Shown: positions 27,032 through 37,045 of the stretch, one piece after another
Layout of the letters: the number at the start of each line of letters is the position of its first letter
Numbering within the stretch: position 1 is the first letter of the stretch
Source of the DNA: an uncultured bacterium
GTDB taxonomy: Bacteria; Schekmanbacteria; GWA2-38-11; J061
Assembly (NCBI GenBank): GCA_964549305.1
Contig: CAZJVM010000014.1
Location: 1 to 49,074 of the forward strand
Reading direction: 5' to 3'
DNA length: 49,074 nucleotides
Notes under the pieces: generated by a model
The model's database searches: none
Told to the model about the DNA's origin: nothing
What the model saw: only the letters and a program-made list of their open reading frames with translations
Position numbers and translations under genes: made by a program

Positions 27032-28384
27032 TTATGTTGTCGCTTTTATCGAATTATATGTTATTTCAAGAAGTGTTGTTAACTCACCTTTGCTTATAGA
27101 AAGAGGAGGCATCAGGACAACGACATTGCCCAAGGGGCGGATAATCGCGCCCATTGAACGCGCTGAATCCGAAACTTTATATCCCATTTTCAATTCTATA
27201 GGGTATGGTTTTTTTGTTTCTTTGTCCTCTACAAGTTCGATTCCTGTAATGATTCCCTTCTGCCTTACATCTCCCACATGAGGAAGTTTTTTAAAATCTT
27301 CAAGACGCTCACTGAGAAGTGTTATTTTCGTTTTAAGATGTTCAAGTACGTTTTCATTTTGAAAAACCCCGATTGAAGCAAGCGCTGCTGCACAGGCAAG
27401 AGGATTTCCCGTGTATGTATGCCCGTGGAAGAATGTTCTGAATTCATCATAATTTCCAATAAATCCGTTATAGACTTCGTCGGTAGTAACGGTTGCCGCA
27501 AGGGGGAGATAACCTCCCGTTATGGATTTTGCAACGGCAAGAATATCGGGAGAGACATTTTCGTGCTCGCAGGCAAACATTTTTCCGGTTTTCCCGAAAC
27601 CTACTGCGACTTCATCTGCTATTAAAAGTACATTGTATTTTGTGCATATTTCCCTTACCTTTTTGAGGTATCCCTGAGGAGAGACTATCATTCCGCCGGC
27701 ACCCTGCACAATCGGTTCGATTATCACTGCGGAAATATTTTCAGCATCATTTGAGATTATCTCTTCCATTTTATCCGCGCAGGCAAGTGAGCAGGAAGGG
27801 TAGTCTAATTCAAGTTCGCACCTGTAACAGTATGGCGAAGGTGCTTTATAAGAATCGAAAAGCAAAGGTCTGTAAAGTTCGTGGAAGAGGTCGATACCGC
27901 CAACACTTACGGCGCCGAGAGTATCTCCGTGATAACCTTCTTTAAGGCATACGAACTTTTTCCTTTCTTTGCCGGTTGTCTGTTTCCAGTATTGAAAAGA
28001 CATTTTTAGTGCGATTTCAACAGAAGTCGAACCGTTATCGGAATAGAAAACCTTAGTCAGCCCTTTTGGCATGATTTCAGTGAGTTTTTCCGCAAGCTTA
28101 ATTGAGGGTACATTGGAAAGACCCAAAAGTGTTGAGTGAGAAATTTTCCCAATTTGATTTATTATGGCTTCGTCGATTTCCTTTTTCCTGTGTCCGTGTG
28201 TTGTAACCCAGAGAGACGACACACCGTCTAAATACTTGTTGCCGTAGATATCGATGAGGTAACTTCCCTCGCCTTTTTCGATTATGAGGGGTTTCCCTTC
28301 CCTGTACTCCTTCATTTGAGTAAAAGGGTGCCATATGGATTTGCAGTCGGCATCTTCAAGCGCTTTTTTCTCGTTAATATCCAT
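27032..28384 (-). CDS. bioA: Adenosylmethionine-8-amino-7-oxononanoate aminotransferase
   Basis: IWHPFTQM, DGVSSLW, YHGDTLG, DEVAVGFGKTG and AKSITGGYLP motifs. Start at ATG 28384 overlaps the bioB end. Confidence 0.95.
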   Translation of the reverse strand: MDINEKKALEDADCKSIWHPFTQMKEYREGKPLIIEKGEGSYLIDIYGNKYLDGVSSLWVTTHGHRKKEIDEAIINQIGKISHSTLLGLSNVPSIKLAEKLTEIMPKGLTKVFYSDNGSTSVEIALKMSFQYWKQTTGKERKKFVCLKEGYHGDTLGAVSVGGIDLFHELYRPLLFDSYKAPSPYCYRCELELDYPSCSLACADKMEEIISNDAENISAVIIEPIVQGAGGMIVSPQGYLKKVREICTKYNVLLIADEVAVGFGKTGKMFACEHENVSPDILAVAKSITGGYLPLAATVTTDEVYNGFIGNYDEFRTFFHGHTYTGNPLACAAALASIGVFQNENVLEHLKTKITLLSERLEDFKKLPHVGDVRQKGIITGIELVEDKETKKPYPIELKMGYKVSDSARSMGAIIRPLGNVVVLMPPLSISKGELTTLLEITYNSIKATT

Positions 28385-29363
28385 TTGAATTTTCACCCTC
28401 TGCTTTAAGTCCCGCATCCTTTATCATTTGTATGTCATCTTCAGGAGAATTGCCTGAAGTTGTGAGATAATTTCCCATTAATGTTCCATTGGCGCCTGCA
28501 AAAAAAATCATAGATTGAAGGCTTCTGATATTTATTTCTCGTCCACCGCAAATGATTATGTCTTTCATGGGATTAATTAACCTATAGACACCAATTAGGC
28601 GAAGAATTTCGAGAGGAGTCATCGGTTTTACATCTTCAAGAGGAGTCCCTTTTATTGGATTTAAAAAATTCATTGGTATCGAATCAACATCGAGTTCCTT
28701 TAGAGCAAATGCCAGTTCGATTCTCTGTTTTTCCGTTTCTCCCATTCCGAATATACCTCCCGAACAGACTTTGAAGCCCAGTGATTTTGCGATTTTTACA
28801 GTTTCAATTCTGTCTTTATAGGAATGAGTAGAGCATATATTGTCATAGAAACTTTCAGCCGTTTCAAGGTTATGATGATAATTTGTAAGTCCGGCTTCTT
28901 TTAGCTTTTTTCCCCTTTCATAGGTAAGAGTGCCAAGAGATGCGCAGGAAGGAATATTGAGGCTTCCTTTAAACTGTTCAAAGGAATTTGTTAATTTTTT
29001 TAAGTCGGTTTCAGCACTTATTTCTCTTCCGCTTGTAACTACTGAAAATTCGCTTGCGCCTGCATTATATGCCTCTTTGGCTTTTTGCATTATTTCTTTC
29101 GGATTCATCATAGAATAGACAGGCGCTCCGGTTTTGTAATGAGCGGATTGCGCGCAGAATGAACAGTCTTCGGAACATTTTCCGGATTTTGCGCTCACAA
29201 TAGAGCAAAGCACTATTTTATTGCCTTTAAATTTTTCCCGAATTCTCGAGGCAGACGCGAATAAGTCAAGAAAGTCTTTTTTGGATGCACTGTAAATCTC
29301 CGATGCATCGTCAAATGATATTTCTTTGCCTGATGTTATTTTTTTCTCTATTTCTTTAAACAT
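28374..29363 (-). CDS. bioB: Biotin synthase
   Basis: CSEDCSFCAQS, YHHNLET, CSGGIFGMGE and GNYLTT motifs. Confidence 0.97.
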   Translation of the reverse strand: MFKEIEKKITSGKEISFDDASEIYSASKKDFLDLFASASRIREKFKGNKIVLCSIVSAKSGKCSEDCSFCAQSAHYKTGAPVYSMMNPKEIMQKAKEAYNAGASEFSVVTSGREISAETDLKKLTNSFEQFKGSLNIPSCASLGTLTYERGKKLKEAGLTNYHHNLETAESFYDNICSTHSYKDRIETVKIAKSLGFKVCSGGIFGMGETEKQRIELAFALKELDVDSIPMNFLNPIKGTPLEDVKPMTPLEILRLIGVYRLINPMKDIIICGGREINIRSLQSMIFFAGANGTLMGNYLTTSGNSPEDDIQMIKDAGLKAEGENSNGY

Positions 29364-29537
29364 GGTATGAAGGTACTCTTGTTAAGTAGTAGACAGGTTG
29401 CCTTGATTAGCATTATTTTTTTTATAAATAAAGCTGTTTTTCAAACAGTTACCGTCATTTTTTTGTAAAATGTGTTTGTTTTATTTCTTCGCCCATTGTA
29501 AATTCAAATATAGGGTTTAAGCGATAGGAGAATCTTT

Positions 29538-31025
29538 ATGAATAAATCTTTTAAGTGCGCGCTGGTTGCGGTTTTACTTCCGCTTTTTTCACTTGCCTTT
29601 ATATTGTTTCCCGGCAATGTTAATTCAAAGAAAAAAAAGAAAGGACGTCTTGTAATTATAACTAAAGATAAAAATAAAAAGAAAATAGATGCCCCGATAT
29701 TTATAAAGGGCAAAAAGAAAGGCAAGGGAAAAGTCACTCTCAAGTTGAAACCCGGGAAATATAAAATTAAGTTTGGCAATTTAAATGGTTATATTATTTC
29801 AAAACCTTCGAAAGGTTCAGTGAAGGTAAAAATTAAGGCAGGCAAAAAGAAAACGGTAACCGCTATTTATGATATTGCCACTCAAAACGCCCCTGTTGCC
29901 TCTTTTACCATATCTCCCGAAACAGGTCATAATCTGACAGAGTTTACCTTTAATGCGTCAGAGTCAACAGATACAGAGGACTCTTCCTCTAAACTGAAAT
30001 TTCGCTGGGATTTCGATGGTGATGGGACTTGGGATACAAGTTTCGCAAAAACAATAACATCAACGAATATGTTTTTTGTATCAGGAGTCTATACGATCTC
30101 TCTTGAAGTAAAAGATACAGATTCAATGGTGGATACCGTTACTAAAACACTTACCGTTGATGATTTCGGTTGGGGAGCAAACGGAGGAAGTGCGATACAA
30201 TTTGTGCCCGATACGGGACAAACAACTGATTATACGGCAACATTCGGAGAAGATTCCGATTATTCTATTAACACTCCATTGTATATCGACAATGGCGACG
30301 GGACAATTTCAGATACGATTACAGGCCTTATGTGGCAAAAAACAACTGATGGAGCGACGCGGACATTTATAGATGCAGTGGATTACTGCGACAATCTTTC
30401 CCTTGCCGATTACACCGATTGGCGACTACCAACGTGGAAAGAGCTGGTCGGAATCATAGACTACGGAATGACTAATCCTTCTCTCGACGCGACAGTATTT
30501 ACGGGAACTAATGTAACATCTTTCCATTGGGCATCGACAACAAACGGCAATAATGGGTGGAGAGTAGGTTTTTATAACGGATATGCCGAAGGATTTCTTG
30601 AAAGCACGAATTATCAGGTGCGTGCCGTAAGGGGAGGTATTAAAAAGGAAGGATTCGCTGACAATGGCGACGGGACGGTTACAGATAACGGCACGGGATT
30701 GATGTGGTATCAGACTACGGCAGGACCAATGACCTGGACAGGCGCCCTTGATTATTGTGAAACACTTGATGCGGCAGGACATACGGATTGGCGACTGCCC
30801 ACGGTTAAGGAGCTCGCCTCAATAATTGATAACACAAAATCATCACCTGCAATAGACACAACTATCTTTCCCGGCGCTTCTTCATGGTATTGGACATCAA
30901 CCGTGTTTGATGACACCAACAGCCTTGTGTGGGTAGTAAATTTTAACACCGGAGGAGGTCTTGAAACTCACGATAAAAGCTCAATAAGCACATCAAATGT
31001 TCTTGCTGTGCGCTTGGGGAACTGA
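29538..31025 (+). CDS. Exported protein: Lys-rich domain + PKD domain + two DUF1566 (Lcl C-terminal) domains
   Basis: APVASFT...WDFDGDG (PKD) and two copies of DNGDGT..D..TGLMW...YC..L...DWRLPT..EL. Confidence 0.88.
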   Translation: MNKSFKCALVAVLLPLFSLAFILFPGNVNSKKKKKGRLVIITKDKNKKKIDAPIFIKGKKKGKGKVTLKLKPGKYKIKFGNLNGYIISKPSKGSVKVKIKAGKKKTVTAIYDIATQNAPVASFTISPETGHNLTEFTFNASESTDTEDSSSKLKFRWDFDGDGTWDTSFAKTITSTNMFFVSGVYTISLEVKDTDSMVDTVTKTLTVDDFGWGANGGSAIQFVPDTGQTTDYTATFGEDSDYSINTPLYIDNGDGTISDTITGLMWQKTTDGATRTFIDAVDYCDNLSLADYTDWRLPTWKELVGIIDYGMTNPSLDATVFTGTNVTSFHWASTTNGNNGWRVGFYNGYAEGFLESTNYQVRAVRGGIKKEGFADNGDGTVTDNGTGLMWYQTTAGPMTWTGALDYCETLDAAGHTDWRLPTVKELASIIDNTKSSPAIDTTIFPGASSWYWTSTVFDDTNSLVWVVNFNTGGGLETHDKSSISTSNVLAVRLGN

Positions 31026-31067
31026 AAAAGTTTTAAAATAAAAATCGAAAAGCCGAAAATATAGTCT

Positions 31068-31517
31068 ATGTTTTCGGGTAAAAAATACAAAAAAGGTTTT
31101 ACACTTATTGAGCTGATGGTTGTAGTTGCAATCATTGGTATTCTTGCCGCAATTGCGGTGCCTAATTTTCTTAAATTTCAAAGCAAAGCTAAACAATCGG
31201 AGGCGAAAAATAATCTTTCTGCCATTTTTACTTCAGAAATTTCCTATTTTGGAGAATTCAACAGCTTTGGCACAACATTTTCCGATATCAGATGGGTGTA
31301 CGAAGGAAACACGAAATATGAATATTTTCTATCAAAAAGCGAAACAACGGGAAGTGTAAACGGGTTGTCGATGCCTTCCGCTGTGGCGGTAAGCGCTTAC
31401 GCTTTTACCGCGGGAGCTGCGGGAAATATCGATACTGAAACAAACTATTATGATATGTGGACCATTAACGATAAGAAAAATCTGAGCAATACTACAAATG
31501 ATGTTTACACTGACTAA
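31068..31517 (+). CDS. pilA: Type IV major pilin (aromatic-rich)
   Basis: Class III signal [27 protein letters not shown]. Confidence 0.88.
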   Translation: MFSGKKYKKGFTLIELMVVVAIIGILAAIAVPNFLKFQSKAKQSEAKNNLSAIFTSEISYFGEFNSFGTTFSDIRWVYEGNTKYEYFLSKSETTGSVNGLSMPSAVAVSAYAFTAGAAGNIDTETNYYDMWTINDKKNLSNTTNDVYTD

Positions 31518-31643
31518 ACCCTCATTTTTTATCCTCTTAAAATAAACCTTTTAAATAGAAATCTTTAAAATATTTCTATTTCTGGATTTTTTCTGTTTTA
31601 AAATGTAATTATTAATAAGAATATTTTTTAAAGAGAGTGAAAT

Positions 31644-32576
31644 ATGAATAGAAAATTTCTTTGCGGTTTTGCCTTTATGTCGGTTTTAGTTATTTCATTT
31701 GCATCAATGCCTGTGGTTGCTGATTCTGCGCCAAAAAACAATAAAGAATTTTTTAAAAAATCAAGAGTTGCTAAATCTACATTGAATTCTTATCGCGTTG
31801 GCGTATCTTCTTCCGCTCTCAAATCGTTGAGCAAATATATGGTAAAGCTTATTAACAAAGACAGAAAAAAGAACGGGGTTTCTAAAGTTAAATTGGACAC
31901 GGTCGCATCAAAAGCAGGACAAAAACATTCAGATGATATGGCAAAAGGCGGATATCTTTCACACTGGGATAAAAAGGGGCAGAAACCCGACCAACGGTAT
32001 ACGAATGTGGGAGGTAGAGATTATGTTGCGGAAAATGTATATATGCATTGTGAATTCAGCGGAAATATAAGTGCTTCGAAATCAACTGTAAAAGCTGCGG
32101 AAAAGGCATTTATGAACAGCGCGGGCCACAGAGCGAATATTTTACTCGGCAACCACACACATGTGGGAATAGGAATTGCAGTAAAGAACGGATGTATATT
32201 AATTTCACAGGAGTTTGTGGACAGGTTTGGAAAATATGGAAAAATTCCAAAAAAGGCAAAAGTGGGAAAGGAAATAACGATTACGGGGACTCTTAAAAAG
32301 AATGTTGATTTTGATTTTATAGGAATATACTGGGAAAAGAAACCGAAGAAGATGACTAAGAAAAAACTCAAAAAAACCGGACCGTACTATGCGCCTGAAG
32401 ACTTTTCAAGCCCAACCAAGTATTCAGCTTCATCAGGTGTAACTATAATTGACAGGGATTTTTCACTGACTGCTCCGGTGGGAGATTATGGCCCCGGGTT
32501 GTACTATATAGCAATTAGAGTTACTAAGGGCGGAAAAGACATCCTTGCATCACAAAGAACCATTCTCGTTAAGTGA
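31644..32576 (+). CDS. CAP (SCP-like) domain exported protein, highly basic
   Basis: LIN.DR, HS.DMA...YLSH, AEN and MNSAGHRANIL...HVGIG motifs. Confidence 0.88.
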   Translation: MNRKFLCGFAFMSVLVISFASMPVVADSAPKNNKEFFKKSRVAKSTLNSYRVGVSSSALKSLSKYMVKLINKDRKKNGVSKVKLDTVASKAGQKHSDDMAKGGYLSHWDKKGQKPDQRYTNVGGRDYVAENVYMHCEFSGNISASKSTVKAAEKAFMNSAGHRANILLGNHTHVGIGIAVKNGCILISQEFVDRFGKYGKIPKKAKVGKEITITGTLKKNVDFDFIGIYWEKKPKKMTKKKLKKTGPYYAPEDFSSPTKYSASSGVTIIDRDFSLTAPVGDYGPGLYYIAIRVTKGGKDILASQRTILVK

Positions 32577-32596
32577 TTACAGTTTAAAAAAGATTT

Positions 32597-33331
32597 TTAT
32601 TTTTTTCTTCTCAGACCTGCCATAGAAAGAAGAAGTGCTCCGGAGAGAAGCAGTAATGTTGAAGGTTCCGGTACCGCGGTCACAAAGTTATCAAAGAGCA
32701 TATCTGTCCCACCGAATATACTGCCGTCTATAAAAAGTTCTATCGCTCCCACATTGGAAAAGTTTGCTCCGCTTCCTGCCTGAGTTGCAAAGTTTGAAAA
32801 CAAAATGCCGTATGTCTGTGGAGTGAATATTAAACCGGGAAGATTGATTGAATACTTTGACCAGTTGCCCGAATCAGTATAAACCGAAATATCAAGAGAT
32901 GCCGGAAGGTCATCAAAAAGAACGGTTAATGAAATCCCGTTGTTAGCGCCTCCGGAAGTTATATCAATGCCTCCAAGGCCTGTAGGATTAAGAATCGGGC
33001 TATTGTCAATGCCGTCCCAGCTAAGAGTGGTTGTTGCCGTGCTTGCGGCATCTTGAGATTGGTTAAATATTGAAAAACCTCCAAGGTTAGACTCTGCTGT
33101 CACTCCTGAACCTGATATTAATTGAACTGTCATATCACGTTCGTTGCCGAGAATATCACCTGCAAATGATGTAACGGAGCTGCTTGCCGTACCCGGAGTG
33201 GATAACTGAATAATCTGACTTGTATCAAAGGAATCTATTACTGTTGCTTCCACGCCGAGTGGAAAAAATGACAGTAATGAAATAATTGAGAGCATGGTAA
33301 ATGAATAAAGAACGAATTTTTTAAAAATCAT
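32597..33331 (-). CDS. PEP-CTERM sorting-domain surface protein
   Basis: Signal peptide, Ser/Thr/Gly-rich body, VPEPSTLLLL + TM + RRKK, and RBS GGAGG. Confidence 0.93.
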   Translation of the reverse strand: MIFKKFVLYSFTMLSIISLLSFFPLGVEATVIDSFDTSQIIQLSTPGTASSSVTSFAGDILGNERDMTVQLISGSGVTAESNLGGFSIFNQSQDAASTATTTLSWDGIDNSPILNPTGLGGIDITSGGANNGISLTVLFDDLPASLDISVYTDSGNWSKYSINLPGLIFTPQTYGILFSNFATQAGSGANFSNVGAIELFIDGSIFGGTDMLFDNFVTAVPEPSTLLLLSGALLLSMAGLRRKK

Positions 33332-33393
33332 TTTTCCCTCCTCCCCAAAAGGGTAATGTTTTTGAAATAAATATATATTAGTTAAAAAAATTA

Positions 33394-33409
33394 TGCAATT
33401 ATTGTGCCA
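33394..33409 (-). promoter_or_regulatory. Sigma-54 (-24/-12) promoter
   Basis: Minus strand reads TGGCACAATAATTGCA, 62 bp upstream of the PEP-CTERM start. Confidence 0.88.
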
Positions 33410-33517
33410 AACTTATGAATAATTATTAAAGACAGACTAACTTATTGAATAAATAAGACATTATTGCATTATATTGAATATGGATTTTAATTAATAATAT
33501 TTTATTACTATAATAAT

Positions 33518-33597
33518 TGTTCAATATTTCGACACTTTTTTATTGAAAAAGATAACATATTGAAATATTTATATAAAAAGTGTTCAATAATCCGACA
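33518..33597 (-). promoter_or_regulatory. Paired 17-bp enhancer-like boxes
   Basis: Minus strand TGTCGGATTATTGAACA (33597-33581) and TGTCGAAATATTGAACA (33534-33518), 63 bp apart. Same motif and spacing as at 13393-13472. Confidence 0.75.
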
Positions 33598-33704
33598 GGC
33601 GTGCAATGAAATGAATAAAAATTATTAATTTTATAGTATTTTAAATAATATTATATTATTTTTGCGAATAAGATAAGGTGGTTTTGAAGAGACAGGTTAA
33701 GGTT

Positions 33705-35759
33705 TTACTGAATATATCCCAAAGTCCTTAATTCACGGGCAACATTTTTGTTAATATTAATTTCTTCTTTTTGTAGAACATCATATTTTTTTCTCAGTTT
33801 TGCGGATATTTTGTCAAAGTTATTTAAAATGTTTTTTGCTTCCTCAAGTTGTTCCGCCGATGTATATGCAATGGATTTTTTTTCTTCCGGATCAACTCTT
33901 AAATCATAGAGTTCTTCTACCGGGGGGTTTTCCTCAACTTTGACGGAAATATATTTCATTCCATTAAAGATTACGGAACGTTGAAGTCTGATACTGCTGA
34001 AAACATTTACAGAAACAATAGGTTCTTCAATAAGAGAACCGGCAGTTTTTGAAAACATCCCACTTAGAGAATCAGGATTAATCACGCTGTTGTCATAAGG
34101 GATATCGCAACTTTTTAAAATGGTTGGCATTAAGTTTTCAGTTGTTACAAAATTTTCAACAATTTTTCCTGAAGAAGAGAATGGCATTTTAATTATTAGA
34201 GGGACCCGCAGAAGTTCATTATAAACAGTGTGTCCGTGTTCAAAACCACCGTGTTCCCAAAACTCTTCTCCGTGGTCGCTTGTGAAAACAATCATCGAGT
34301 CATCATATAATTTTATTTTTTTTAAAGTTTCAAAAAGTCTTCCAATGTTCTCATCAACATAACTTACTTCAGCATCATAAAGTGTTTTTATCCATTTCTT
34401 TTCATCAGAGGTGGGTACAAATTTTCCGTTTCTTATGGGTTCCCGGTTAATCAGAGATGCTTCCATTGAATTTGGAGCTTTTTTCCCATCAAGATATTTT
34501 AACGGAGGAGTATAAGGAAGATGAGGGTCAAAATAATGAATCCAAAGGAAAAAGTCATTATTTCTGTTTTTTTCAAGCCATTGGCAGACTACATCTGTCA
34601 GTTCTTCGGTTTTCGGTTTTGATAAAAAATACTTTGGAAATAAATTCCTTAAAATTGTTTTGCCGAAAGATGAACCATACCATTTGGGATAAAAAATGTA
34701 TTCATTAAATCCCTGCGACATATTATATGAATGATGAAGGACTGAATTGTATCCTATTGCTGCAGTTTGATAACCGGATTCTTTCATTTTTTCTGCGAGA
34801 GTTTCGAAATTGTCGGAAAGTTTCCTGTTTGTCGTCGTTACGATGTGGACAGATGGAGGAAGTCCGGTCATTATGGAAGCAACTGCAGGAAGTGTCCAGG
34901 GGGCAGGTGATATGGCATTTTTAAAAACTATACCTTCCTTTGAAAAATTGTCTATATTCGGCGTCAGCTTAGATTCTGAGTTGTAACAGGAAACTGCATC
35001 CTGGCGAAGAGTGTCATCTATTATTAAAATGATATGCTTTACTCTATGATTGAGAGAAGACCGCAGTACCAAAGACTTAAAAATTGTTTCCGAAGCAAGA
35101 AAGATAAAAGGACTAACTATCACAAGGCAGGTAAATAAATAGAGAGTTTTTTGATGTAAAGCGTTTTCTTTTATTTTAAAGAAAACCCATATCAGAAGGA
35201 TAGCAATACAAATGCAAACGAAATAAATTAGTAATGCCTTTCCAGATGAATAGGATTTGATAGCGTATTTCAAAATCCAGAGGCATATGACTGTTTCTGA
35301 AAGTATCAGCGGAAATAATAAACCGATAATTCCAAAGGTAGAAGATATTTTATCACTCTGTAAAATTGCCGAGCATAGGAAATAAGCTGATATGGTAATG
35401 GACAATGGGATTAAAAAAACCAGTATTTTGCCAAAGAGTGTTGAACCTAAAATGGAAAATAGGTAATTTGGCACTTGAGTATATCTTAGAAATAAAACTG
35501 TTAAGAAAAAAGCAAGAGTAATTGCAAGTGGCAACTTTTGCAGTTTGAAAAAAAAATCTGAAACTGATTTTGCAAAAACCCAGAAAAGCAAAAATGCCGT
35601 AAAATATACAATTGCAGTTGTTACCGGTGGAAACAATAAAAAACTGACGGAATAATATTCAGAGGATCGTTCAAAAAGAGCGTCAAGAAATCCGCAGGAT
35701 AGGGATGCGACAATAGCAGTATTAATTATTTCTTTTGAAAAAAGTCTTTTCTTTTCCAT
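33705..35759 (-). CDS. Membrane-anchored sulfatase-fold (alkaline phosphatase superfamily) protein
   Basis: About 6-7 N-terminal TM helices, then DTLRQD, PWTLPA..SIMTG, HYFDPH.PY, TSDHGEEFWEHG..EHG and C-terminal LRTLGYI. Confidence 0.85.
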   Translation of the reverse strand: MEKKRLFSKEIINTAIVASLSCGFLDALFERSSEYYSVSFLLFPPVTTAIVYFTAFLLFWVFAKSVSDFFFKLQKLPLAITLAFFLTVLFLRYTQVPNYLFSILGSTLFGKILVFLIPLSITISAYFLCSAILQSDKISSTFGIIGLLFPLILSETVICLWILKYAIKSYSSGKALLIYFVCICIAILLIWVFFKIKENALHQKTLYLFTCLVIVSPFIFLASETIFKSLVLRSSLNHRVKHIILIIDDTLRQDAVSCYNSESKLTPNIDNFSKEGIVFKNAISPAPWTLPAVASIMTGLPPSVHIVTTTNRKLSDNFETLAEKMKESGYQTAAIGYNSVLHHSYNMSQGFNEYIFYPKWYGSSFGKTILRNLFPKYFLSKPKTEELTDVVCQWLEKNRNNDFFLWIHYFDPHLPYTPPLKYLDGKKAPNSMEASLINREPIRNGKFVPTSDEKKWIKTLYDAEVSYVDENIGRLFETLKKIKLYDDSMIVFTSDHGEEFWEHGGFEHGHTVYNELLRVPLIIKMPFSSSGKIVENFVTTENLMPTILKSCDIPYDNSVINPDSLSGMFSKTAGSLIEEPIVSVNVFSSIRLQRSVIFNGMKYISVKVEENPPVEELYDLRVDPEEKKSIAYTSAEQLEEAKNILNNFDKISAKLRKKYDVLQKEEININKNVARELRTLGYIQ

Positions 35760-35980
35760 TGTTTATATAAAAGGTTATTGTACATTAATTACTCTACCAA
35801 TTTTTATAATTCTAAAACAAATCATTTGTTGCTTTAAACGAATACACTCTTGTTGTGTTTTAAAATGTTAGAACAGAATATTTGATATCTTTGGATTGTT
35901 AATAATAGAGATGAAGAAATTATAAGAGTGACAATATGCGTATGCTGCAAAAGTTAGTATGTGTGGAAAATAATCCGGGT

Positions 35981-37033
35981 TCACTTTCTGCATATATAAA
36001 TGCAGTTTTGCGGTCGGGGTGCGTCTACAAGGTCAACATTTGAAAATCCCGCATCAGATAACATTTGAAGTGCGTTTTCCGTACCCCAAACTGCACCAAG
36101 TCCGGGACCTCCCGAGGCAAGAGAAACAGTCATACAATGAAGCAGACTTATACCGTAATAAAGAGGAGAAAGGGGGTTGCCTATATTATTTTTAACATCG
36201 CTTGAAAACTTGAACTCTATCATCAGAAAAATCCCGTCTTCAGCAAGTATATTTCTGACATTTTTTAAAACTTTGAACGGTTCTTTCTGGTCGTGAATAG
36301 CGTCAAAGGCGGTAATGAGCTCAAACTTCGGGTCAGGCGGAAGCTTTGCAATGTCCAATACTTCAAAAGATGCATTAGCAAGGTTCATGCTCCGGGCCTC
36401 TATATTTGCTCTTTCAATTGCGTCATCTGCAATATCATATCCTCTGAAAACTGAGCGCGGATATTTCCTGGCAAGTATATTTACTGCGTGTCCAGTACCG
36501 CAACCGATATCAAGGACCCGTAATCCTTTTTTGAGGTTTTCCCTAAGTCCTTTGACTGTCCCTATAAATCCTTCATCAAGAAGTTCATCGAATATTCTTC
36601 TCCAGACATCATCCATACAGTCGGTAAATTCAGGACGGAAGTCCGAATAGGGGATCCCTCCTCCTTTTTGAAAGCACTCAGTAAGTTTAGGTAAGAGTTT
36701 TCCGAAACTTCCCAACATTTTGCTGTGAGGGCAACAATTATTGGAACTTTTTCCTGTTAAAAACAAAGCGTGTTCAGGAGGTAGAGTATATTTTTTTGAT
36801 TCTCCGTCATATAAGTAAATATCTGCTGTTGCCATTGCATTAAGCCATTCGCGAACATATCGCTCTGACAGGTGTAATCGATCACTTAACTCTTTGCTTG
36901 TGATAGGGGTTTTTGCAGATTCTTCAAACAATCCCGTTTGGTAACCTATTTCAATTAGGTTTGTAAGGACTGCTCCTGTATAAATAGAAAGAATTTTGGA
37001 TTGAAATTCTTCTTTTTTCTTTTCCTGATTCAT
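35981..37033 (-). CDS. Class I SAM methyltransferase with N-terminal wHTH (Rv2258c-like)
   Basis: ERYVREWL, VLDIGCGTG, FDAIHD and HCMTVSLA.GG.GLG motifs. Confidence 0.88.
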   Translation of the reverse strand: MNQEKKKEEFQSKILSIYTGAVLTNLIEIGYQTGLFEESAKTPITSKELSDRLHLSERYVREWLNAMATADIYLYDGESKKYTLPPEHALFLTGKSSNNCCPHSKMLGSFGKLLPKLTECFQKGGGIPYSDFRPEFTDCMDDVWRRIFDELLDEGFIGTVKGLRENLKKGLRVLDIGCGTGHAVNILARKYPRSVFRGYDIADDAIERANIEARSMNLANASFEVLDIAKLPPDPKFELITAFDAIHDQKEPFKVLKNVRNILAEDGIFLMIEFKFSSDVKNNIGNPLSPLYYGISLLHCMTVSLASGGPGLGAVWGTENALQMLSDAGFSNVDLVDAPRPQNCIYICRK

Positions 37034-37045
37034 TAAAAATCTTAA

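Noticed and set aside
29364-29537. BirA operator upstream of bioB
   Set aside because: No convincing TGTAAAC-N14-16-GTTTACA-type inverted repeat.
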